64,000 nt of DNA from the NCBI GenBank assembly GCA_951406725.2, contig OX597821.1, forward strand, positions 78,988,001-79,052,000, in the 5' to 3' direction. Shown in pieces: positions 1-64,000 of this stretch. Position 1 is the first letter of the stretch; every line of letters starts with the position of its first letter. The translations under genes and the position numbers were made by a program. The notes beneath the pieces are model-generated. The model was not told the DNA's origin. It worked only from the letters and a program-made list of their open reading frames with translations, and did no database searches. The DNA comes from Octopus vulgaris (Eukaryota).

Positions 1-23
1 ATCAAAAATACAAAATATATACT

Positions 24-1720
24 CTATCCATATGGTATATTTATATTCGACATTTTAAATTTAACCGCGTGCCTACATAAGTTCATTAGCTCGCTTCTTT
101 GATTCAAAGAATTATTGTCTTTGAATAAGATGTACATTTTTTCTAATAGACAAAGCTTGCACTTGAAATTATTTTTGTAAGCTCCATGCCTGTATGGTGC
201 CGCCCTGTCCAGAATGCTCCATGTCACGTTGAAAGGTGGGGCTTCCTTTTCTTTTAGTTCCCAGACATATTTTGCTAGGCTGGTTTTCTTCCTATTCTCT
301 GGGTATTTAAATGAATTTTTATGAGAATAAAATCTTGTTTTAAATGAATTTTCTGAAGCCCCTGTGTATGTCTTGTATTCCGATGAGCCTTCCACTTGCA
401 CCTTGGCTCTATAAACTACTCCTTTCACCAGACATTTCCCTTCTAACGGACAGGAGCTTTCGTTTTTGAAATTACATTTCTTAATGGTCTCGGCACCATG
501 TCTAATCTCAATTAGCTTCCTATTATGTTGGCTAATGTAAGAGGCGAAATTTCTGCAACAAGAATAGCTAACCTTCAGGGTTCTCCTGTTAAATATCCTA
601 TAGAATTTATGACCCTGCTTAAAATGCTTAGAGACTAATCTCAAAAATTCCTTACCTATATTAGTCTTTACGGCCAAATTGAAAGCCGGGTTGAACCACA
701 AAACTTTCCTGGTCCTAGTTCTTCGTGCAGCATTATTATCAGCATTAAGCTGGTTGAACTGGATCTTCTCAGAGAATCCACTATTCTCTAATGCGCTATC
801 GTAATAAGGTGCAGCATTATGGAATGCTGCCTCGTCCGAAGAAATTGAAGATATTCTTCTACCTACATTGCTGACTAAGTTCCTAAGGATAACTGGTGGA
901 TGGTTCGAATCTTTGCTAATATACGATAGCTTTTCATTGGGCTTACGGAAAGGTTTAAATCTATCCGATCCTACATTAAAATTTACGTCTAAAAAATCTA
1001 CACTATTCAGGTTAGCATCTATCGTAACCCGTAAGCCCATCCTTTGAAAGAAAGCTATGAGGTCCTTCCTAAGTCTATCTGATTCATGGCCGTTTAGATT
1101 ATGCGTGGCTATAAGGCCGTCATCCCTATATAAACCTGCATCTATAAATGGGAATTCTATTTTTAGATTATGGAGAATAAAGGCTCCTATGAGCATACAT
1201 AACTCAGCCCCGTCGTATGCCCCCATCGGTACATCGAAAAGAGAATCCTCAGTCTTCTTAATCCAGGTGGAATCCTCGAAAAAAAGAAGCGATTTCCTCG
1301 CATGCATAATAATATCAATTTCCGAGCTATCGATGTTGACATACTGCTTGGCGAAGTCCAATGCCCTTAGGAGCAACGTCCTAGATATTGACGGGTAAAA
1401 GTCAATAATGTCGAATTGTGTGAAACTACAATTATTCTTATAGCTAATACCTTTAAACCACTCTATAACTGACTTACTATTCTTCCAAATTCTCAAGTCT
1501 ACTTCACTATCTAACTTAACTAAAATACGGTCCAAAATATTTTTGCTAATAATTCCTATCTCAGTTTTAGCCGGATTTATCAATCTACATTTGGGGTTTC
1601 TACTAAAATTGGCTTTATGGTCTTTCAGAGTAATAAAAGCTGGTCGTGGGGAAAGGTATTCAATCCTATCGCTAATCTTAAGATCGTTAGCTATTCCTCT
1701 TGCTTCTAAGTTCACCTCTT
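24..1720 (-). mobile_element. Penelope-like retroelement ORF (RT + GIY-YIG), 5'-truncated
   Basis: KCRLINPAK, FDIIDFYPSI, GAYDGAE, YRDDG RT motifs; CPLEGKC linker; GVVY...YTG GIY-YIG. The first ~45 aa of the track ORF is T-rich non-coding read-through. Confidence 0.93.
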
Positions 1721-1729
1721 TGTATATAT

Positions 1730-2347
1730 ATAAAAAATAAGTATATAAAGATACAAAGGATGTCACGTAAAGGGTCAAAAATTCTAAAAATGTATTGTGA
1801 AAGTGTAGAAGGTACAATACATAAAGGGTAAGAAGTAAAATAAAAAATAACAAGGAAATAAAATTAAAATAAAGAAGAAAAATAAAAGGATAAAAGGATA
1901 AAAAAAATAAAAAAGTGAACTTAAAGATAAAGTGAGATAAGAATAAAGAGATACAGAAAAATACATGGCGGTTAGAGATGGCGGGTTGGGATTTTGACGT
2001 CGTGGTGAGTGTTGTAAATTAAATTTTAATTATCTGGGGAGCGATATGGTAGTGGGCGAATGGTCATTCTAAGCTACATGCTCTAAGTGTGATGAGTGTG
2101 TATGTGCGTGTGTGTCTATATACTTATCTACTTTCACATATAAAAGCGTCTGATGCTAGTCCGGAGCGGTGTTATAATCAATCAACATATGCACATATAC
2201 ATATACACGTACATGTATATATATAGATATATATCCATATACACACACACACACACACATATATATATACACCCATATGTAAGTACACATATGCATACAC
2301 CTATATATATATACACACCTACACACACATACACAAATCCGCACACC

Positions 2348-2389
<42 letters not shown>

Positions 2390-2517
2390 AGGAAAAACGT
2401 GCATGCACCTACATACAAAAACCTACGTACACACGCACATGCATACACAAGTAAGTATATCCCTATATATATACACACGCATACACATATGCACACGCGC
2501 ACACACACATATACACA

Positions 2518-2568
<51 letters not shown>

Positions 2569-2836
2569 ATATGTACACATATACAATGATACCCATATAC
2601 ATACACATACAAACTCATGCATATGCCCACATGTATGCGTCCGTACATGTTCACCCAAGTTCATGCGTACACACACGTGCACATATGCACACAAGTACAT
2701 ATATACAAACCCACTCAGTTTCATAAACATACACATATGCATGTATACACCCACATGCACAGAAACCGGTACACCCATTCACATGCATACACACACGGGC
2801 ATATGTATCCTTATGCACTCGAACAAAAAGGTACAA

Positions 2837-2871
<35 letters not shown>

Positions 2872-4440
2872 TGCATATATATCCACACATATATATATAT
2901 CCACACCCATACATACATATATACATACACAGCTACACGCACACACATAGACATACTCACATGCACATATATGCCCATATACACATGTGCACGAGTGTGT
3001 GTACATTTGCGTAGGTAGATACTTCCACGCAAGGGTACGTGAAACTCTCGAAATATACAGATCTCCACACCTATACGTTCGAAGATTCATTCATGCACAG
3101 ACGCGAAAAGAACCCACATATTCTAAATATTCTAAATGTCTGTCTCGAATACAGTTATGTAACGATTATAAACAATTATAAATAAATTATAAATGAATAA
3201 TTAGCAAGTTAATGATGTGTAAGGGTAAAGCAGAAAAGAAAAAAAATTAAAAGAAATTAAAAGATGCGGCAAAATTAGAGAAAAAAAAACAGAAATAAAA
3301 ATAGGGAACAATAAATTAAACAAAAGTTTAGAGGATTAGAGATTAAGAATTTAAAAAAGATTAAGGAATTAAAATAGAGGAGAAAATAAAGATAAGACGA
3401 AAATGAAGGTAAAAAGAAGATAAAAAATACTAATGAAAGAATAAAAGTAAAATCGGGCTGAGAGAGTAAACTGAGAATAAACATAAAAGTAAAAATAAAA
3501 TAAAAATAAGGATAAAAATAAAGGTGAATGTAAACGTAAAAACCCAGAAAGGTAGGAAAAATCAGAAAGGAAAGGGTGGAGTTAGGAAGACATAGGCAGG
3601 AAAAAGAGAAATTAGGGAACAATCATAAGCGAAAAAGGAGAGATGAGGGAGATGAAAAAAATTCAGGGAAATAGACTCAACATTAAAGTTAGAAGTGGAA
3701 AATGATATGGGAAAAGTAATCGAGAAGTGCTGGAGTTAACAATTCTGTAAGTGGATATGAGGATATTACATTGGAGAGTTATGTATCTGAGCCTAAGCCT
3801 TGTAATATTTGAATGTTTTAGTCAATTTATGCATACAAGAAGGTTTAAATTCAGATCTTTTATTAATTAGTTTGTTTTTATCTTTGAATTTAATGATATT
3901 CAGGAGTTCTACGCAACACAGTTGACACCCTGTTCTATAATTTTTATAAGGCGCAGCTGATCCGATAAGGGACCACCTAAGGCTAAAATCTATATTATTG
4001 TCTTTAAGTTCCCAAATTTTTCTAGATAAAGAGGTGCTACTAGCCTTGTGTCCGAACCTAAAGGATGACCGGTGGTTATAGAATCTCGATTTCCTTTGTA
4101 TCTGGACATCCTTTGTATCTTTATATACTTATTTTTTACATCTTTACTTTTTTTATTATATTTTGTACTTACTACTCTCTAACCGCCATGTATTTTTCTG
4201 TATCTCTTTATTTTTATCTCACTTTATCTTTAAGTTCACTTTTTTATTTTTTTATCCTTTTATCCTTTTATTTTTCGTCTTTATTTTTTCGCTTCTTTAT
4301 TTTTATTTTATTTCCTTGTTATTTTTTATTTTACTTCTTACCCTTTATGTATTGTACCTTCTACACTTTCACAATACATTTCTAGAACTTTTGACCCTAT
4401 ACGTGACATCCTTTGTATCTTTATATACTTATTTTTTACA
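1730..4440. repeat. Inverted repeat pair ~1730-1978 / ~4178-4440 (Penelope pLTR-like), plus direct repeat ~4105-4175 / ~4405-4475
   Basis: atacatggcggttagag mirrors ctctaaccgccatgtat; gatacaaaggatgtcacgt mirrors acgtgacatcctttgtatc. Confidence 0.8.
2090..3010. repeat. Degenerate (CA/TA/TG)n microsatellite tract
   Basis: Visible directly; source of the H/T/Y/I-rich spurious ORFs. Confidence 0.9.
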
Positions 4441-5491
4441 TCTTTACTTTTTTTTATTATATTCTGTACTTACTATTATCCCGTAAAATTATGTTTAAAC
4501 TTATACATATATTTTTTCCTCTTTGTGATCCCAACTTCATTAAAGATTCACCCCCTTCCACTCTTTTCCTCTTTCTCTCAACATCCAATCCCTTCATTCT
4601 TTATCGAGTGAAAAAACGGTATGGACGTTTTGTTTTGGTGTCTCGCAATGCAATATACGCCTATGAGGATTTACCTTCCCAATGAAACTCGATTTTTTCC
4701 CAAACTTTTTCTCAAACCTGCTATAATATCATACATGTCTTTGGTGTGGTAATTGTACACGACTGAAGAAGGCTTTTGACCTACCTGTTATATCAATTAT
4801 GCATTGATATAAATTGTTCAATAAAGCCAGAAACATATGTACCGCCAAATCCTTTGCGTCCTGTTTTTCTTTTGATACATATATCCTATCACCTATACCA
4901 CTAGCTGGCATATACAGGTGCTTACAGTTATCAAGTATTCACCTTGAATTATATATATATATATATGGGTATCTTTCTCTCTGTGTTTCCCTCCACCCCA
5001 CCACTTCACAACCGTTGTCGTACAAAGGTTACAATGATTTAGCCGTTCGGGAAATGAGTCCTATAGAATAACTTCCAGTGTTATAAGAAATACATGAATA
5101 CTGGGGTTGATTCGTTCTACTAAATTATTTTAATGTTTTACTCCAGCATGGTTGCAATCTAATGACTGCAACACGTAAAATATAGAAGATATAAATTGAT
5201 ACATGCATAGAAACATAAATGGATGTGTGTATATGTGGGTGTATGCTTGTATGTATGTATATAAGTCCGTATTTAAGAATAGGAAAATAAAAGATCGAAT
5301 ATCACATTGTAATTGAATTTAATCGTCAATATAGTTTCCAGCATCTTTTGTGACAGCTTTCCATGTACACGCAAGCTTCCATGAGTGAAAAACATTTTGG
5401 GTTTCGAATAGAATTATTGTTTCGAGTTAGTCCTTACATAAACTTCCGAACGAAAATATAGTAGTCGAGACATTACTTAAGGGATGATCTG

Positions 5492-5530
<39 letters not shown>

Positions 5531-5533
5531 TAT

Positions 5534-6309
5534 ATACCAGCAGCATAGCCCGGCGTTGCCCGGGTATGTAAGAGCCCCTAGTAGGCAACGACTAATCCCA
5601 ATCTAGTCCTTTCCCTCTAGGGAACGAAGGCGCATGTGTAGGTTGCAATGTCTTCTCTTCACTCGAATACTTCTGTGTATACGAATGTTCCTAGCTGTCC
5701 CTTTGGGCGATAAAAAGGTCGAGTTGTGTCCCCTAGATAGTTTGTGTTTAATACACAAATCGGTTTACTGTGTGTGCCACATATGATTTAATTAACCGAT
5801 TTTTTTCCAGTAATAAAGTATCCTATTGGAATAAAAAGGGCCATATAGCTCATTGGAGCAGACATGATGCTCGCTGTGAATTTTTAAAAAATCCTGCCAA
5901 TTTGTGAAAGATATTGTCGAAAAGATGTCATCTTGAATTTGAACGCGATTTCCCAAAATGGCATGATTTTATCGATTTTTTCTGATGGTAAGGTATTGCA
6001 TGGAAATCTAACATCAGAATTAAGTTTCTTAGGGTAACATTAAGCTTCACCATGAGTTTGGTGAAAATCGATTGCAAGTTGCGAAAACTACAACAGAAAA
6101 TGTGTTGCATATTAAAAGCTTAGATTCTCGACCTCATGTCGAATTTATCGATTTTTTTTCAGAATTGGGGGAACATTTCATAATTGTCGCTGCGTTAGTT
6201 TTGAATTATGACATTAGGCTATGTGCGTGTCAAGTTTCATCATAATCGGTTGAAAGCCGTGGTCAGGATTAGGGTACAACCTGACAGACACACAGACAGA
6301 CAAACTGCC

Positions 6310-6320
<11 letters not shown>
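5534..6320 (+). mobile_element. Non-autonomous Helitron/Helentron-associated (HINE/DINE-1-like) element
   Basis: 5' accagcagcatagcccggcgttgcccggg subterminal hairpin; 3' (ACAG)n tract then tttatata; sits in (TA)n. Confidence 0.55.
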
Positions 6321-6349
<29 letters not shown>

Positions 6350-6533
6350 TTTTTGGATTTGATTTGTAAGATTCTTTATATGAGTTCGTGTGTTGAAGCA
6401 TATTCTGTTGTGTCTGGGGAGAATCATTCTCTTTTAGTTCCTTATTATTTAACACACTCACCGGTAAAATTTCCACTTATTTCTTCTTATTATTATTTTC
6501 TAAAATGTTCGTTGCGTCTTGCAACCTTTTCAA

Positions 6534-9500
6534 GGTTTTCCAATAATATATAAGCTTTCGAATCAAGTAGTAACATTTTAGGGAAGGTAAATATACAGAT
6601 AAAGTTGTAGATATAAATTTTAGGAACATATGAGGTTGTGTAGTTCAGATGCTAACTGACCAAAACTCTGCTTGCAACTGACTGCTATAAGAATTTTTTA
6701 GCTATACGTATTAGGGTAAGGGAAGGTTTTAGAATACCATAAAAGGAATTCAAGCTGGTTGTAGAAAGAGGAGGAATTCAGAATACCATAAAGGAAATTC
6801 AGGTTGTCACTAAACAAAAAGCCAATTTTTCTATGTGGTGATCAGAAAACTAGATCAGTGTCGAGAGGTCATTACATTCTTTTACAAAGGGTAAGGGAAA
6901 CAAAACTATCACTTATTTTTAGTAGGTATCGTATTATATAGCTGGGGGAATAGCTTTGAATTTTAAAACTAGATTAGATTTTAGGGAAATCAAAAAAGTT
7001 ATGGAAAATTATAATCTGACCGATAGAACAGAGCCTCTTATACCATGTGAACCCAGGATCAATCTTAAGGAGGTAAGAAAAATTTCTTAGAAAACCCCTC
7101 GGTAAGACTCATATGTCCAACTAAGTCGGACATTGGCCGACTTAGCAAATCTATTTTGGACAATATTCTACCCCATATAATTCCTAATCTCCCCTTAAGT
7201 CTATGGTTTAATACAGATGAAGTGATAGATTGGTTTAAATCTCTAGATAACACTAATAGAATTTCTTTTATCCAATTTGATATTAACAATTACTATTCTA
7301 GTATATCCCCCATTCTACTAAATAAATCGCTTATTTTTGCTATGAATCGCTCTCATATCTAGAGAAGAAATTGACATAAAACTATCATTGAATTTGAAGG
7401 TAAATTATGGACTAGAGCGGATACCCCTAATACTTTTGATATACCTATGGGCTCTAGTGACTCAGCGGAGATAACGAATTTAGTAGGGGCATATTTATTA
7501 AAATGCATAAACAGGGATATCCCCGAGTTACAAGGTGGTCTATATAGTGATGATGCTTTGTTCGTTGTACCTAGCAATAGTAAATCAAGTATTGAAAGGA
7601 TAAAAAAAGAAAATTAATTAATACTTTAAAGATTTTAACCTAGGCATTACTTACGAACCTAGCACTAAGATAGTTAATTTCCTAGATGTTACCTTAAATC
7701 TTAATTCAAAGTTACATTACCTATTAGAAAGGAGGGCGAAATCACTAGATAAGTAAATAAGTCATCTAATCATCCCACAGATATACTAAAAACATTAGTT
7801 ATAAATATTTCCCAAAGAATTTCAAAATTGTCATCTAATAGTGATATATCTAACCATTACAATACCGCATTATCCAAAGCGGGATATGATCAAGAAATTA
7901 CCTTTCTCGATAAAGATAGTTCAAACCTCCCAAATAATGAAGTGAATATAAATAACGTAAGCAATAGTAACTCTGATGCCCAATATAAACATAAATTTAT
8001 GGAGAAGAAAAACCTAGTGTATAAACCAAATTATAAGAATAAAAATATGGACCAGATCATAAATAAATATGAAAGTGCCAACCTAGATAAATCTAATAGA
8101 CATGAAAATAGGAGTAAAAGGAATAATAATTCTCGTGCGAATAATGATAACACAAATCCTTCCCACTCGTACTTAAACAAAAAATATAAAAGAGAAAATA
8201 TCATTTGGAGATCAGTAAGGATTTCATATTCAACCCTCCCAAACATGTCTACCATAATAGCTAGACTAAATAGTAAAAACATTAAGTTACCCAGGAGTAG
8301 AATTAATAGTAACAACAAGGATAGTAATAATAATTGTAATAATAGCATCAACAATAGAAATAACAATAACAATAATAATAATAACAATAACAATAACAAT
8401 AACAATAATAATAACAATAACAATAATAATAATAATAGTAATAATAATAACATTGATATAAATATAAATAATCATAATAACAATACCAATAATGTAGGTA
8501 GTATAGGTATAAGTATGGTAGATGAGAATGATGGTGAAGATGGATTAATAAATAGTAACCCTAATTTGGATATCAATATGACCACTAAAAATGAAAATAA
8601 TACTAATACTAATAATAATTTAAATAACAGTAATATGAGGGAACTATCCTTAAATAATTCCAAAACTGAATACTATCCCCCCAGTTGTAATTGTAGGATT
8701 AGATCAAATTGTCCGGTATCTGGTCGTTGTTCGATCCAAAACGTAATTTACAAATGCACTATAATAACTTCTAACAGTAGCTTTCTTTATCTCGGATGTT
8801 CGGTGGATTTTAAAAGACGTCTTAACAACCATTTTTCCTCTTTTAGACTAAAGCATAAGTCAGGTTGCACTACACTATCTAGCAAAATTTGGGAACTAAA
8901 AACAAATAATATAGGATACAACCTAAAATGGGATATAGTTAGAAGGGCAAAACCTTATAGAAATAGTAGGGTAGGCTGTCAACTTTGTTCTATGGAAACC
9001 TATGAAATTTTAAAGTATCGAAGTAATAAAAATCTGTTGAATAATCGTCTGGAGTTGGGAAATCTTGCATACATTCCACAACTCGAACATTTAAATACTT
9101 TAAATAATATTTGAGTATTCCTATATTTTTCAATAATATATAATAATAATATGAAATATACTATACTAACCTTTAACTTAACTTTCATAGATGACTAGAA
9201 AAACTTCACTGTAATCTTGAAATTGGAACTTTCCCTAAATCTAATCTAGTTTTAAAATTTAAAGCTATTCCCCCAGTTATATAATACGATACCTACTAAA
9301 AATAAGTGATAGTTTTGTTTCCCTTACCCTTTGTAAAAGAATTTAATGACCTTTCGACACTGACCTAGTTTTCTGATCACCACATAGAAAAATTGGCTTT
9401 TTGTTAAGTGACAATCTGAATTTCCTTTATGGTATTCTGAATTCCTCCTCTTTCTACAACCAACTTGAATTCCTTTTATGGTATTCTAAAACCTTTCCTT

Positions 9501-9790
9501 ACCCTAATTCGTATAGCTAAGAAAGTCTTATAGCAGTCAGTTGCAAGCAGAGTTTTGGTCAGTTAGCATCTGAACTACACAACCTTATAAGTTCCTAAAA
9601 TTTATATCTACATCTTTATCTGTATATTTACCTTCCCTAAAATGTTACTACTTGATTTGAAAGCTTTTATATTATTGGAAAACCTATATAAATTAGCTGA
9701 AGAGTACTCAGCATCTTAAATCTGCTGAAATATTTACAGCTTTTAATAAAATGTTGTAGTATGAAACAATTGTACTGAATTACCGGAATC
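6534..9790 (+). mobile_element. Degenerate Penelope-like element with inverted ~455 bp terminal segments (6534-6990 / 9229-9684)
   Basis: Frameshifted RT (VRLICPTK, FDINNYYSSI, GSSDSAE, YSDD), CNC..CP...C linker and VIY..YLG GIY-YIG. 6534-6990 is the reverse complement of the 3' UTR. Confidence 0.9.
9691..9781 (+). ncRNA. Type I minimal hammerhead ribozyme motif in the Penelope 3' region
   Basis: aattag CTGAAGA gtac...gtat GAAA caattg TA ctgaatt: intact core, helix II, palindromic helix III (ACAATTGT), helix I with a bulge. Confidence 0.7.
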
Positions 9791-10503
9791 ATTCTTGTTG
9801 CTTATTTTTGATTTTATTCATATATATATATATATATATATACCGATTAATGTGTCTATGAACGAAAATGTAGCTCCTCGGGATACATATTTTTCCATGA
9901 TCCAGTTTTCATCAGTAAGCTTCTTATTATTGATAAGAGGCATCATGCAGTTCTCGGGGTGTTGTGTTAACTATCATAGCGTAGTTATTGAAATTGAGCT
10001 GGAGTGCTGCTGTCGGAAGTATTTTAACATATACATTATTCTGTTAATTTTCTTAAAATTTCTGATGAATGTCATTCTCTCTCTTAATGAAGAGCCTACA
10101 TCTGTTATTATTGATGAGTTGAGCTGGGATGTGGTTAGCACATACACGAGTGACTGTATCCTTAGTTAGCTGCGAAATTACTTTTATTCTGGAACGATCT
10201 TTGTGAAGGACAATTGAGAAAATAGTAGGTCACGTGTAATTGCATTCCAGTTCTCTTTATCGAGGAACATATTGTCAAATGGGTGCACTAAGATGAATGA
10301 TTTTGATCTAATGTTAAAGGATGAGTTTACAAAGTACTGTCATGGTCTGACAGGATCGTCTTTACGAGTCTTTTAGTCTTTAAGATAAAAGACGCGTTTC
10401 TTAGTCTTCTTCGTCTTTGAATGTATTATTGTATGTATATATCATTGCATACGTGATGAGATGTGATGTGTGTGCATGATTGTATATATGTGTGTATGTA
10501 TGA

Positions 10504-11450
<947 letters not shown>

Positions 11451-12216
11451 TATGTATGAACAGTCCATTCCAAACACTGTGTCAGATTCTTGTTCAGGAT
11501 GAGAATATACCGACCACCTTTAAACAAATTCTGACATTCCAAAATTCTCAAGTAAGTACTGCAGAGAAATACTGCTCACATCCATGGGTGGGTGTTGCTG
11601 CTACACATTGCCCACAGAGAAACACACACACGCACGAATACACACACATACACACACACATATCTATATATTATACAGCACACACACACATATATTCATA
11701 TATCATACAACACACAAACACACACACACACATATATATATTCATATATTATACAGCACACAAACACACACACATATATATATATATATATTCTCAATCA
11801 CACCCCAAACAAATTCGTCTGGCTGAATGGTAAATGTTAACTCACCAACACACAACTTGCTCACTAACACATTCTATAAAACAGTGACCGTTATTGTAGT
11901 AATAGTAAAGATAGATTCACTACTGTAACTACTACTCTTTAGCAGTTTCAAGCTAAACACACGGCATCTCACTCCCTCATTTTTCTCTTTCTTTTTTTCA
12001 TCCTTATTGTGGGTCAAAAAATTTGACCTAAAATATTTCTTCAATCAGTCACTCATAAAAGGGGTAACATTCTGCAATCCTTTCCTCATCTATGATTTTT
12101 TCTGAAGACATCAACCACATCGATCGTACAAATCTGTGTGAACCCCACTAAATAGTGAATGTTGCCTTTCTATATTTAAACAGTTTATGAAAGCAAATAG
12201 AAACTAAAATTCTTAC

Positions 12217-63133
<50,917 letters not shown>

Positions 63134-63407
63134 CTGAAATTGAATATTAAAAAGCGATTAATCTAATATAATTATGTTCAACAATGCCTACCACATTATT
63201 TCATTACACGAATATTCCATCGATTTATGACACTGCTTGACTTGAGAAACTTTCATTTAACAAAAATGAATATCAATGTGTAGGAACTGATGTCTGTCAG
63301 ATAGTAGTTTCTTCCCTTTGGGAAAGATTCTAACAGTAACACCAAATATAAAGTGTGCGAATTTTCATTGACTAAACTGGTAACATGCCCATTCCCAAAT
63401 ACAACTA

Positions 63408-64000
63408 TCAGGTCATCCCTTAAGTTCTGTCCCGTTTTACCTTTTTAAAAATCAATGAAATTTAACAGTATTTTAGAATGCGAATGGAATTAAAATTTAT
63501 TTTTATGCATTTGTGTACATTTAAACTAATTAAATATTATTTTACAGAATAATAGAATTAAAATGTCTTTGATTAAAGCCCTTTCTAACATGGAAGTATC
63601 CAAAAAGCATTTGGGACACATAATGCTTTATGAGTACAAAAAAGGAAACTCTGCAGCCGATGCGACTGGAAACATACACTCAATGTATGGGAAAGAATGC
63701 TTGAATTAAAGAAATTGCACAAGATGGTTCGCAAAACTTAGAAGTGGAGATTTCAGCCTTGAAGATGACGACCGAACAGGACGTCCTGTTGAGTTTGATG
63801 ATAAGATCCTTGAGGCATTACTTGAAGAATATCTTCCATTATCAGATGAAGAATTGGCAATAAAGCTTAGTTTAAACAATACAACCGTTCATTTTCATCT
63901 TTACCAACTTGGAAAGGTTCCTAAACTTGGAAAATGGGTGCCTCGTGAATTGTCCGAAGCAAACGCAAATCCCGAGTTGACATCTTCTCTTCACTCCATT
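63408..64000 (+). mobile_element. Mariner in repeat unit D, cut by the window edge
   Basis: Left TIR tcaggtcatccc and transposase 5' half. Confidence 0.9.

Noticed and set aside
2153-3090. Many long ORFs rich in H/T/Y/I/C/V (also 10401-11840, 42016-42331, 49546-49849)
   Set aside because: Translations of dinucleotide microsatellites, which have no stop codons.
3955-4070. Hammerhead-like arrangement (ccgataag ggac...gtcc gaac)
   Set aside because: Several core positions deviate and helices I and III are unclear; too degenerate to call.

Overview
Eukaryotic, AT-rich, microsatellite- and transposon-dense DNA; the SINE and repeat content suggests an Octopus-like cephalopod (inference). The window lies inside one large minus-strand adhesion GPCR gene that is mostly missing from the ORF track. 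I reconstructed 24 phase-compatible GT-AG exons between 63133 and 12217, encoding [SEA-like + HormR/HRM] modules, a GAIN domain, an intact GPS (CNHL/TSFALLM) and TM1. The 5' end and TM2-7 were not found and probably lie outside the window. From ~40257 to the right edge, a ~7.5 kb unit is tandemly repeated (3 full copies plus a partial). Each unit carries five exons encoding one HRM and one SEA-like domain, so the ectodomain has at least 4 SEA-HRM modules. The introns hold two Penelope-like elements plus a fragment, several type I hammerhead ribozyme motifs, nested Mag-like Gypsy elements, two Tx1-like LINEs, mariners, HINE/DINE-like elements, SINEs and a nested foldback structure. All calls were read by eye; no database searches were run.
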